Shown here in pieces: positions 34,804 to 43,987 of a stretch of 61,263 bases of DNA. The DNA comes from Candidatus Binatia bacterium. GTDB lineage: Bacteria; Desulfobacterota; Binatia; UBA9968. The notes under the pieces were generated by a model, which ran no database searches, had not been told where the DNA came from, and saw nothing but the letters and a program-made list of their open reading frames with translations. The position numbers were made by a program, and so were the translations under genes. The first letter of the stretch is position 1; every line of letters begins with the position of its first letter. The stretch covers positions 1 through 61,263 of the forward strand of contig DASXRG010000184.1 of assembly GCA_036506735.1 (NCBI GenBank). Direction: 5' to 3'.

Positions 34804-35904
34804 CTAATCTCTTATATTCTGCGTGAACCATTCGGTGGGAATGTCGCGGCCGACGCCCTTCTTCTTCGCCTCGTTGTAAACCGCAGTGCACACGGCGGCG
34901 AACTGCACTCCCATGACGCCGAGGTTGAGAAACCAGCTCGTCTGCTCGTCGCTGGTCCGGCCCTTTGCCTTGCCGGAAAGGACATCGGCAAGCGTCGGCA
35001 TCTTGAGAATCTCTTCGCGCGGCGGCCGGCGCGGTATGATCGCTTTTTCCTCCGGCTGGCCGGCAACGTAGCCGAGAAAGCCGTGCGCCGCGTAGAACGC
35101 GCCCGGCGGAGGATTTTCCAGATGCGGCGTGCTCTCGCCCATTTTGATCGGCACATCGACGGCGTTGGCAAATCCGGGCTCGGTTTCGTCCCAGGTGACG
35201 TCGGTCACGTGCATTCCCGGCTCCAGCCACGCGGTTTTAAAAACAGGATCGATCGAAGAGGTGGTGCAAGAGACGATATCGACGCCTTTGACCGCTTCGC
35301 GCGCGGATGCGACCGGCTCGACTTCGATGCGAAACTTCTCGCTTATCTCTTTCGCGTACTGCCGCGCGTTGGCTTGATTCGGGCTGTAAACTTTGACCTG
35401 GGTGATTTTGCGCACGCATGAGAACGCTTCGAGATAGCTCCGCGCCATGCCGCCGGAGCCGATCATGCCGACGACGTGGCTGTCCTGCTTGGCCAAATAC
35501 TTCACGCCCAGGCCCGCGCCGCCGGCGACCCGCATGTGCTGGAGATAGCCGTCGTTGATAAACGCCGCCGGCATGCCGTCGCGCGCGCTGAACATGACCA
35601 GCATGCCGAAATAAGTGCCCGGTTGAATGCAATGCTTGTTCTCGCGTTGATTGCCTTTCTCCCCCGGCCAGCTCACGATGTCGGAAAGCATCCGCGCCAC
35701 GACGTAGCCGTCCCTTGCCGCGCCGCCGGTCATTAAGGCCCAGCGATAGTAGCTCTCGGGGCGTTCACAAGGCAGATAAACGTCGATCCGTCCCATCGTC
35801 GCCGCGTTGCCGCGGATGATTTCCTTCTGCGTCTCGTCGAGCGCCTCCAACGTCATCGGCATCGTCAAAACTTTTTGCACGTCGTCGTCTTTCAAAAGCA
35901 GCAT
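34804..35904 (-). CDS. Ornithine cyclodeaminase/mu-crystallin family protein (long form)
   Basis: 366 aa. VGMIGSGGMARSYLEAF Rossmann segment. C-terminal GVGRDIPTEWFTQ is shared with the ORF at 49152. Confidence 0.82.
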   Translation of the reverse strand: MLLLKDDDVQKVLTMPMTLEALDETQKEIIRGNAATMGRIDVYLPCERPESYYRWALMTGGAARDGYVVARMLSDIVSWPGEKGNQRENKHCIQPGTYFGMLVMFSARDGMPAAFINDGYLQHMRVAGGAGLGVKYLAKQDSHVVGMIGSGGMARSYLEAFSCVRKITQVKVYSPNQANARQYAKEISEKFRIEVEPVASAREAVKGVDIVSCTTSSIDPVFKTAWLEPGMHVTDVTWDETEPGFANAVDVPIKMGESTPHLENPPPGAFYAAHGFLGYVAGQPEEKAIIPRRPPREEILKMPTLADVLSGKAKGRTSDEQTSWFLNLGVMGVQFAAVCTAVYNEAKKKGVGRDIPTEWFTQNIRD

Positions 35905-35913
35905 GAAAACTCC

Positions 35914-36516
35914 TTACACTTTTCGGTGATCGGACGGACCGAGAATCGGCTTCTTCTCGGTCTCCTCGATGTGGCGAATGAAACGGTACTTGTTTTCCAG
36001 CTCGTCGGAGCGGATCGGCGGCAGCTTGGGCTGTCCCTGCTCGACTTTAACCGCGATGAAGCTAAGCTCGTTTCTTTTCCACGCCTCGAGAAACTCCCGG
36101 CGGAACTCTTCCGGGCTCTTCACCCAGCAGACGTGTTTGTAACCCGCGCCCTTGGCCAGCGCGACGGCGTCGGTTCCCGATACCGTCGCGGTCTCGGTCG
36201 CGCCCGACGCCTCGTAGCATTGATTGTCGAAGAGCAGATGAATGAGATTGGGCGGGGTCTGCCAGGCGATCGTGGGTAGGCCGCAGAGGTTCATCAGAAA
36301 GGCCCCGTCGCCGTCGATCGCGATGACTTTGCGGCGCGGCAGCCCCAGCGCGATGCCCAAAGCGATCGAGGATGCGAGTCCCAGGGTGCGCGGCCGGAAG
36401 TTTCCGTCGCCCGGTCTGAGCGCCTGCCACTCGCGCGCCGCCCAACCGGCCGCGACCACCAGCGCGTCACCGGCATCGCCGGCAATCGCCTTCAGATAAT
36501 CGTAGCGCTGCATCAC
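35914..36516 (-). CDS. TPP-binding (PP-domain) subunit of a split thiamine-diphosphate decarboxylase (ComE/phosphonopyruvate-decarboxylase-like)
   Basis: 200 aa. GDGAFLMN...LLFDNQ TPP-binding motif. 4-nt overlap with the PYR-domain gene. Confidence 0.78.
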   Translation of the reverse strand: MMQRYDYLKAIAGDAGDALVVAAGWAAREWQALRPGDGNFRPRTLGLASSIALGIALGLPRRKVIAIDGDGAFLMNLCGLPTIAWQTPPNLIHLLFDNQCYEASGATETATVSGTDAVALAKGAGYKHVCWVKSPEEFRREFLEAWKRNELSFIAVKVEQGQPKLPPIRSDELENKYRFIRHIEETEKKPILGPSDHRKV

Positions 36517-37016
36517 TCGACTCCCAGGACGGTTCGGGTCAGCAGCACGGCAACCGGCTTCCGCGAGTCCTCAGCCAATATCTGCGCGCCGCTGAGAGTC
36601 TCGGCAACCTCCTCGGGTCTGCGCAACACATAGGTCCGAAGTCCGAGGGCGGCGAGCACCGGCTCGGTCACCGACCCGACCGTAGCGAAACCGCGGTCGC
36701 CGAAATCGCCGGCGTAATAAATCAGCAGCAGAATCGGAATCTGAAATTGCAGACAGGTCGTCGTGAGGCCGTTGCAGCTATTGAGCAGGCCGGCGTTCTG
36801 CATCAGAAGCGCCGGCTTTTTCCCGGTGAGATAGGCGCCGGCGCAAATCCCGACGCCTTCCTCTTCGCGACAAAGCGGGACGTGTTTAATATCCGGGTCC
36901 TGGTCGATCTTCTTGACCAGCTCGACGATCTTCAAGTCCGGGAGCGTGGCGACAAGATCGATGCGCGCTCTTTTAAGCGCCGCGACGACGTTTTCTGCGG
37001 CCTCCAAAGCATTCAT
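36513..37016 (-). CDS. PYR-domain subunit of a split thiamine-diphosphate decarboxylase (ComD-like)
   Basis: 167 aa. VPLCREEEGVGICAG segment with the catalytic Glu that is typical of the TPP-enzyme N-terminal domain. Confidence 0.78.
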   Translation of the reverse strand: MNALEAAENVVAALKRARIDLVATLPDLKIVELVKKIDQDPDIKHVPLCREEEGVGICAGAYLTGKKPALLMQNAGLLNSCNGLTTTCLQFQIPILLLIYYAGDFGDRGFATVGSVTEPVLAALGLRTYVLRRPEEVAETLSGAQILAEDSRKPVAVLLTRTVLGVE

Positions 37017-37165
37017 GCGATTCGCCGATTACTTTTTCAGACGGGCACTTCCGGATTCTAGACGCGCGGCGCCAATTGACGACTCAATCCGCATACTAAA
37101 AGCCCAGCGATTATTCAAGGCCAAGCGATGAACTCCAATCGTTTTTCACAGCGGGGATTCGAGCC

Positions 37166-37193
37166 TTGACAGAGGACAAGCAATATCTATAGT
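37166..37193 (+). promoter_or_regulatory. Sigma-70-like promoter (TTGACA-16-TATAGT) upstream of the gcvH-like gene
   Basis: Near-consensus hexamers read directly, about 20 nt upstream of the ATG at 37214. Confidence 0.5.
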
Positions 37194-37213
37194 GGGGGCA
37201 TCAGGGCGCCGAT

Positions 37214-37603
37214 ATGGAAGAACGAACGCTCAAAGTAAGCGAGGATCATGTCTGGGTCGGGGTCGAGGATCAGCACGTATTTTTCGGCGTGACCAACTAC
37301 GGCCAGAGTGAGCTCGGCCACATCATCTCCGTCGACCTTCCCGAGCTCGGAGACAAGGTGGAAAAAGGCGAGGCGTTCGCGGAGGTGGAGTCACAGATGA
37401 CCGTGGCCGAGCTGATCGCGCCGGTTTCCGGAACCGTGATTGCGGTCAATCCTGAGTTGGAAAGTCATCCATCGATCATTAATGAAGACCCTTACAACGA
37501 GGGTTGGTTGGTCGAGGTGAGGCTGAAGGATCATTCCGAAGTGAAATCCTTGATGGATATGGACGAGTATTATCACTTTGTTTTCAAGCCCAGCCCGGGA
37601 TAA
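37214..37603 (+). CDS. Glycine-cleavage H-protein-like (lipoyl-domain) protein lacking the lipoyl-lysine
   Basis: 129 aa. Collinear by eye with E. coli GcvH, but the E-S-V-K-A motif reads E-S-Q-M-T. Confidence 0.85.
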   Translation: MEERTLKVSEDHVWVGVEDQHVFFGVTNYGQSELGHIISVDLPELGDKVEKGEAFAEVESQMTVAELIAPVSGTVIAVNPELESHPSIINEDPYNEGWLVEVRLKDHSEVKSLMDMDEYYHFVFKPSPG

Positions 37604-37702
37604 TCTTTCCGTCGCGGCGCGATTTTCCTTGCGCTCAGTCTCCGCTTCAAGCTTTAACTCGAATTCCCGCGCAGAGCGCGCGGAACCGGCGGATTGGCGG
37701 CG

Positions 37703-38065
37703 TTAAGAAGGCGGAGCTTTTTCCGATGGAGCGGGCGATTCGACGACGGCGCTGTTTTTACTTCTTTTGGAGTCGGGCGCGGCGAACCGGTAGACCATTT
37801 CGCCCCGTTTGACCAAACCGAGTTCTTCTCGCGCTATCTTCTCGAGATAAAGATCATCGTGGCGAATCCGATTGACGCGCTCGCGCAACGTTTCATTTTC
37901 CTTCTGCAGGAGAAAGTTTCGCTCTTCCAGTTGTTTTTTCTCGCCCCATAGGCGCCAGAGATGAAACACCCCTCTTTCGCCAAAGGCGGTGAAGAGAGAC
38001 AAGGCGACGAGGAGGCTGGAAAATAGATAAACGACGCGGCGCTGCGATGAAGTCGATGAACGCAT
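37703..38065 (-). CDS. ftsB: Septum formation initiator FtsB/DivIC-like protein
   Basis: N-terminal TM (VVYLFSSLLVALSLFTAF) is followed by the coiled coil LEERNFLLQKENETLRERV and LEKIAREELGLV. The start is ambiguous (ATG at 38065 or 38083). Confidence 0.7.
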   Translation of the reverse strand: MRSSTSSQRRVVYLFSSLLVALSLFTAFGERGVFHLWRLWGEKKQLEERNFLLQKENETLRERVNRIRHDDLYLEKIAREELGLVKRGEMVYRFAAPDSKRSKNSAVVESPAPSEKAPPS

Positions 38066-38125
38066 GATCCGAAGGCAGCCCATAGTAGCACATTTTCTTG
38101 CGGCTTGCTTATTTTCACGCCTTGA

Positions 38126-39427
<1,302 letters not shown>

Positions 39428-39428
39428 A

Positions 39429-40082
39429 GTGAAAAAAGAAACCGTTGAAGCAAAAAAGAAACGGGCGCTGGCCCTTGCGGCGCGCCTGAAAGAAGCTTAC
39501 CCGGAGCTTCGCGTCCCGCTCGATCATCGCAACACCTTCGAACTGCTCGTCTCGGTCATTCTCTCGGCTCAGTGCACGGACGAGATGGTCAACCGAGTCA
39601 CGCCGGAGCTGTTTCGCCGCTATCCGACTCCGGCATCGATGGCGCGCGCGCCGGTCGGCCAGATCGAAAAATTCATTCGCCGCCTCGGTCTATTCCATGC
39701 CAAGGCCATAGCGTTGAAAAAGTCCAGTCGGCGATTGGTTGAAATCCACGCCGGAGAGGTCCCGGCGACGATGGAAGAGCTTACGCAGCTTGCCGGGGTG
39801 GGACGCAAGACGGCGAACGTGATCCTGGGCCACGCCTTCGGTATTCCCGGAATCATCGTCGATACCCACTGCAAGCGCTTGTCGCGGCGCCTCGGTCTGA
39901 CGAAGGAAGAAGATCCAACCAAAATCGAGCGGGACCTGATGAAACTCCTGCCGCCCGAGGAGTGGACCGGATTTTCGCACCGGTTGATCATCCATGGCCG
40001 GCGGGTTTGTTACGCACGCAAGCCTAATTGCCAAATCTGCGTCCTGAATGATCTTTGTCCTTCCGCCTTTAGGGTTCAGTAA
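39429..40082 (+). CDS. nth: Endonuclease III
   Basis: 217 aa, GTG start. HhH-GPD LAGVGRKTANVIL and the 4Fe-4S ligand pattern C-x6-C-x2-C-x5-C. Confidence 0.92.
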   Translation: MKKETVEAKKKRALALAARLKEAYPELRVPLDHRNTFELLVSVILSAQCTDEMVNRVTPELFRRYPTPASMARAPVGQIEKFIRRLGLFHAKAIALKKSSRRLVEIHAGEVPATMEELTQLAGVGRKTANVILGHAFGIPGIIVDTHCKRLSRRLGLTKEEDPTKIERDLMKLLPPEEWTGFSHRLIIHGRRVCYARKPNCQICVLNDLCPSAFRVQ

Positions 40083-40477
40083 CCGCGCCGCTTAAATCCG
40101 AGTATGTCACGCCGCTCTTTTTTGCTTGGGCGACCCTCCGATCCAAGTCCCAGTGGCGTTTGAAGACGAAGCTCGGTCGCCAGCGCTTCTCTGCTCTCCT
40201 TGCTCTCATCCGTTTCCTCGTAGAGCTTTTGCGCTTCCGAAGCCGGGCCTCTGCGCTCGCTGAGACTTTTCACGATGACGGTCCATTCATAAGGCCCGCG
40301 CCTGATCTTGAGCTCGTCTCCCATGCGGACGGTATGACCGCGTTTGGTACGATTGCCGTTGAGATGAACTTTTCCGCCCTCGACCGCGTCCGCCGCGAGG
40401 CTTCGCGTCTTGAAGAAGCGCGCCGCCCAGAGCCACTTGTCGAGGCGCACGGATGCGGCGAATGCTTCGCGCGCCAT
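40076..40477 (-). CDS. hslR: S4-domain heat-shock protein 15-like RNA-binding protein
   Basis: 133 aa. VRLDKWLWAARFFKTRSLAADAVEGGKVHLNG. Confidence 0.8.
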   Translation of the reverse strand: MAREAFAASVRLDKWLWAARFFKTRSLAADAVEGGKVHLNGNRTKRGHTVRMGDELKIRRGPYEWTVIVKSLSERRGPASEAQKLYEETDESKESREALATELRLQTPLGLGSEGRPSKKERRDILGFKRRGY

Positions 40478-40614
40478 TTAGATCTCGACTTGGACGAGTA
40501 TTTTCTTGAGACGCCGAACTTCTTTTTCCGACAGCACGAGCATGGCCATGTTCATAGCATACCGGGGCAAAAAAATGGTAGTCTCCTGGAAAGTTCTGCG
40601 GAGCGGAGGCCGCT

Positions 40615-41139
40615 ATGTCAATGAAAAACATTCTTCACCTCTCGGAAGTTCCCATCGAGCAGATGAAAACTCCCGACGGCTCGCAGTTCAGCGCCCAGCG
40701 CCAGCGCGTGGGGACGGCGGTGGGCGCGAAAAAGCTCGGCTACAGCTTCTTTTCGGTGCCGCCGGGAAAGACCGCCTTTCCATTCCATCTCCATCACGCC
40801 AATGAGGAAATGATCTATGTGTTCGAAGGAGAAGGCACGCTGCGGTTCGGGAAAGAAGAGGGTAAGATTTCCGCGGGCATGTTCATCGCTTTTCCGCCGG
40901 GACCGGGCCATCCGCACCAAGTGATCAACACGTCCAACGGGGAGCTGAAATATCTGTGCGTCAGCACGATGGAGTATCCGGAGATCACGGAATATCCCGA
41001 TTCGAAGAAGATCGGCGCGTTGACATCCAGTCCCCACGAGCCCGGCTTTCGCGCCTTTTACCGCAAAGAAGCGAATGTCATGTACTATGAAGATGAAAAT
41101 GACGGCGAGATAGAGCGGGTTAAAAAAACCAAAAAGTAA
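40615..41139 (+). CDS. Cupin-domain protein
   Basis: 174 aa. FPFHLHHANEEMIYVFEGEG...GHPHQVIN. Confidence 0.75.
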   Translation: MSMKNILHLSEVPIEQMKTPDGSQFSAQRQRVGTAVGAKKLGYSFFSVPPGKTAFPFHLHHANEEMIYVFEGEGTLRFGKEEGKISAGMFIAFPPGPGHPHQVINTSNGELKYLCVSTMEYPEITEYPDSKKIGALTSSPHEPGFRAFYRKEANVMYYEDENDGEIERVKKTKK

Positions 41140-41143
41140 GCGG

Positions 41144-41353
41144 TTACGGTTGCAACTGTTTTTCTTGTTCGCGCCTCTGCTGTTCCTGCTTCTCGGATTC
41201 TCCGAGCTTTTGCTTGGCGCCCTCGTAATACTGAAACTCTCGGGTCGCCGCGTCCTTGACGGCCTGCTTGGCTTTGTCCTCCCTTCCATTCTTTTCGCCG
41301 CAGCCCAATAAAACCATAAGCAGGACCAACGAGACCGTCCGCGTCAAATACAT
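41144..41353 (-). CDS. Small putative lipoprotein
   Basis: 69 aa. The lipobox-like LLGC follows a hydrophobic N-terminus, and the tail is charged and low-complexity. It overlaps the tsaC stop by 10 nt. Confidence 0.5.
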   Translation of the reverse strand: MYLTRTVSLVLLMVLLGCGEKNGREDKAKQAVKDAATREFQYYEGAKQKLGESEKQEQQRREQEKQLQP

Positions 41354-41949
41354 TTCTCCAACTCCGTTAAGCTGATTTCACCTTCCCGTATGACCTTAAG
41401 CCGGCTTCCGATTACTTCCACTACTGTCGAGCCGGCTCTTCCCGTCAGCGATCCGGCATGGAGAAAAACTTCGATCCCGCCGACAAAGTAACCCCGCGCT
41501 TCTTGGATCGTCCGCGCGGGCCGTTTCCTCGATGGATTAGCGCTCGTCGCGGTGATCGGACGACCCAGCTCGCGGGTCAATCGGATTGCGATCGGATGGC
41601 TGGAGACGCGCACGCCGATTTTTCCTTCGCGATTGAGCAGCGGCGCGGGAAGACCGTGCTTTGCGGGCAGCACCAGCGTCAACGGACCGGGCCAAAACCG
41701 GCTGATCAATTTTTCGGTGATCGGAGAAACTTCGGGCACGACCTGCGTCAGCATCTCCCGGTCGGCGACGATCACCGCGATGGGACTATCGGGATTGCGA
41801 CCCTTGAGAAAGACGATTCGTTCGATCGCGGCGGCGTCGAGCGCGTCCACGCCCAGACCGTAGAAAGTCTCGGTAGGAAAAACGATGACTCCGCCGCGCT
41901 TGAGAGCCTGAAGCGCGGCGGAGAAATTCTCAGCGCTTTTGTCTTTCAC
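41344..41949 (-). CDS. tsaC: L-threonylcarbamoyladenylate synthase (YrdC/TsaC type)
   Basis: 201 aa. [25 protein letters not shown]. Confidence 0.85.
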   Translation of the reverse strand: MKDKSAENFSAALQALKRGGVIVFPTETFYGLGVDALDAAAIERIVFLKGRNPDSPIAVIVADREMLTQVVPEVSPITEKLISRFWPGPLTLVLPAKHGLPAPLLNREGKIGVRVSSHPIAIRLTRELGRPITATSANPSRKRPARTIQEARGYFVGGIEVFLHAGSLTGRAGSTVVEVIGSRLKVIREGEISLTELEKCI

Positions 41950-42466
41950 TCTGGAGCTTTTTGTCTTTGTCCAGGACGCCGGCGGTCATCTCCTGTCTGA
42001 ATCGCACCAGCCTGGCAGCGATGTTCGAATCTTTACGCCCTAATATCTCCGCCGCGAATATCCCTGCGTTGGCGGCGCCCGCCTTGCCGATGGCCATCGT
42101 CGCAACCGGAATGCCGGCGGGCATCTGCACGGTCGCCAGCAGCGCGTCGAGGCCTTTCAGGCTGGAGGAATCGATCGGCACACCGATAACCGGCACGGTC
42201 GTGTGCGCGGCGACGACACCGGCGAGATGGGCGGCGGCGCCGGCGCCGACGATGATCGCCTCGATGCCGCGCTCGATCGCCGATTCGGCGTACTTCTGCG
42301 TTTCATGCGGCGTGCGATGCGCCGACAGGACGCGCGTCTCATAAGCGATGCCGAAATAATCCAGGCGCTTTTCGGCCTCGCTCATGATTTCGAGATCCGA
42401 ATCACTGCCCATCAAGATCCCCACCTTCGGCTGCGCATTCTTTTTCATGGGCTTTTCATCCCTCAT
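41930..42466 (-). CDS. purE: 5-(carboxyamino)imidazole ribonucleotide mutase
   Basis: 178 aa. [10 protein letters not shown]...SAHRTP...[10 protein letters not shown]. Confidence 0.92.
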   Translation of the reverse strand: MRDEKPMKKNAQPKVGILMGSDSDLEIMSEAEKRLDYFGIAYETRVLSAHRTPHETQKYAESAIERGIEAIIVGAGAAAHLAGVVAAHTTVPVIGVPIDSSSLKGLDALLATVQMPAGIPVATMAIGKAGAANAGIFAAEILGRKDSNIAARLVRFRQEMTAGVLDKDKKLQSERQKR

Positions 42467-42471
42467 CCGTT

Positions 42472-42516
42472 CCCCTCTCCCTCGCCCTCTCCCTCAGGGA
42501 GAGGGAAGGGTGAGGG
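42472..42516. repeat. Family A palindromic repeat, copy 5
   Basis: cccctctccctcgccctctccctcagggagagggaagggtgaggg. It contains the purD stop codon and the last few purD codons. Confidence 0.85.
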
Positions 42517-43774
42517 CCCTCTGCGCGATATCCTTTCGGTAATGCATGCCGTCCCAGCTGATCTGCTCGACCGCTCGATAAACTTCCGCGACTGCCGTTC
42601 TGGCATCAACTCCCAACGCGGTCACGCCCAAGACGCGGCCGCCGGAGGTGAGCCAGCGACCGTCTTGCTTGACCGTTCCGGCGTGAAAGACGGCGCCGCG
42701 GCGCCAATTTGCCAGCGCGCCCAATCCTTTGATCTCTTTTCCCTTCTCATACGATCCAGGATAGCCGCCAGCCGTCAGAACCACGCACACGGCCACGTCG
42801 TCGTGCCACTCGGCTTTAACGTCATCCAGCCGGCCCTCGATCGTCGCCTCCAGCAGCGGCACGAGATCGCTCTTGAGCCGCATCATCAGCGGCTGGCACT
42901 CCGGATCGCCGAAGCGGGCGTTGAATTCCAAAACCTTCGGCCCATCGGAAGTCAGCATCAAGCCGATGTAGAGCACGCCGCGATAGATAATCCCTTTTTT
43001 TTGGAGGCCTCCCAGCAGCGGCTGGAGAATCTCCTCCATAATCCGGCGGTGAATTTCCGGAGTGACGAAGGGCGCCGGCGAGTAGGCGCCCATGCCGCCG
43101 GTGTTCGGTCCTTCATCGTTGTCGAAGACGCGCTTGTGATCTTGAGAGGAGGCGAGCGGAAGTATGTGCTCGCCGTCGGTGAGAACGATGAACGAGGCTT
43201 CCTCGCCTTCGAGGAACTCTTCGATCACGACTTTGTCCCCCGCGGCGCCGAAGAGCCTTCTGACGAGCACGTCGTCGATCGCCGCCTCGGCTTCAACGCG
43301 CTTGGCGCAAATGAGAACGCCCTTTCCCGCCGCCAGGCCGTCGGCCTTGATGACGTAAGGCGATTTTTGTTCCGCAAGATACTTCTTTGCCGCCGCCGCG
43401 TCGGAAAAAGTGGCGAACGCCGCCGTGGGAATCCGATTCTCTTGCAAAATATCCTTGGCGAACGCCTTGCTTCCCTCCAGCTTGGCCGCCGCGCGGCCGG
43501 GAGCGAAAATCCGCAGCCCTTTTTTTTGAAACAGCTCGGCGATTCCGAGGGTCAACGGCAGCTCGGGGCCGACCACGGTGAGATCGATTTTTTCTTGTTG
43601 TACGAAGCCGGCAAGTTTTTCGATTTCTTCCGCGCCGATCGGCACCAGCTCGGCGCTCTCGCCGATCCCCGCGTTCCCCGGCGCGCAGTAGATTTTCTCG
43701 ACTCGCGGGCTCTGGCGCAATTTCCAAACCAACGCGTGCTCCCTGCCGCCGCCGCCGATGATTAATACTTTCAT
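42494..43774 (-). CDS. purD: Phosphoribosylamine-glycine ligase
   Basis: 426 aa. MKVLIIGGGGREHALVWKL. Confidence 0.95.
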   Translation of the reverse strand: MKVLIIGGGGREHALVWKLRQSPRVEKIYCAPGNAGIGESAELVPIGAEEIEKLAGFVQQEKIDLTVVGPELPLTLGIAELFQKKGLRIFAPGRAAAKLEGSKAFAKDILQENRIPTAAFATFSDAAAAKKYLAEQKSPYVIKADGLAAGKGVLICAKRVEAEAAIDDVLVRRLFGAAGDKVVIEEFLEGEEASFIVLTDGEHILPLASSQDHKRVFDNDEGPNTGGMGAYSPAPFVTPEIHRRIMEEILQPLLGGLQKKGIIYRGVLYIGLMLTSDGPKVLEFNARFGDPECQPLMMRLKSDLVPLLEATIEGRLDDVKAEWHDDVAVCVVLTAGGYPGSYEKGKEIKGLGALANWRRGAVFHAGTVKQDGRWLTSGGRVLGVTALGVDARTAVAEVYRAVEQISWDGMHYRKDIAQRALTLPSP

Positions 43775-43810
43775 GATTAGACGGCTCTGAGCGCAAGCGA
43801 AGACGGTTCA

Positions 43811-43968
43811 GCACAACTATGGTAACAGGTCGCCCGGGAGTTTCTCGGAGGGCAGATGCGTCGGACGTGAAGCATCAAGCGTATTTCCGAATTTGCCTTA
43901 GGGCTCTCGTGCCGCGTAACACGGACCTATCGCATCGGCCCGGAGAGAGACTCGCGGGCGGGCGGTAT
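43811..43968. repeat. Long structured intergenic element (family D/E), copy D1 (inverted relative to the others)
   Basis: The reverse complement aligns by eye with 53899..54036, including ccgcccgcccg..tctctctccgggccgatgcgat and the terminal ccatag motif. Confidence 0.75.
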
Positions 43969-43987
43969 ACGGCTCTCTATGGACGCC

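Noticed and set aside
37017-37213. A glycine riboswitch upstream of the gcvH-like gene, and a ZTP or purine riboswitch upstream of purH, purD or purE.
   Set aside because: The gcvH-like promoter leaves only about 15-20 nt of leader. purH starts 5 nt after alr. The purD-purH and purE-purD spacers are occupied by the family D and family A repeats, and I recognise no riboswitch core motifs.
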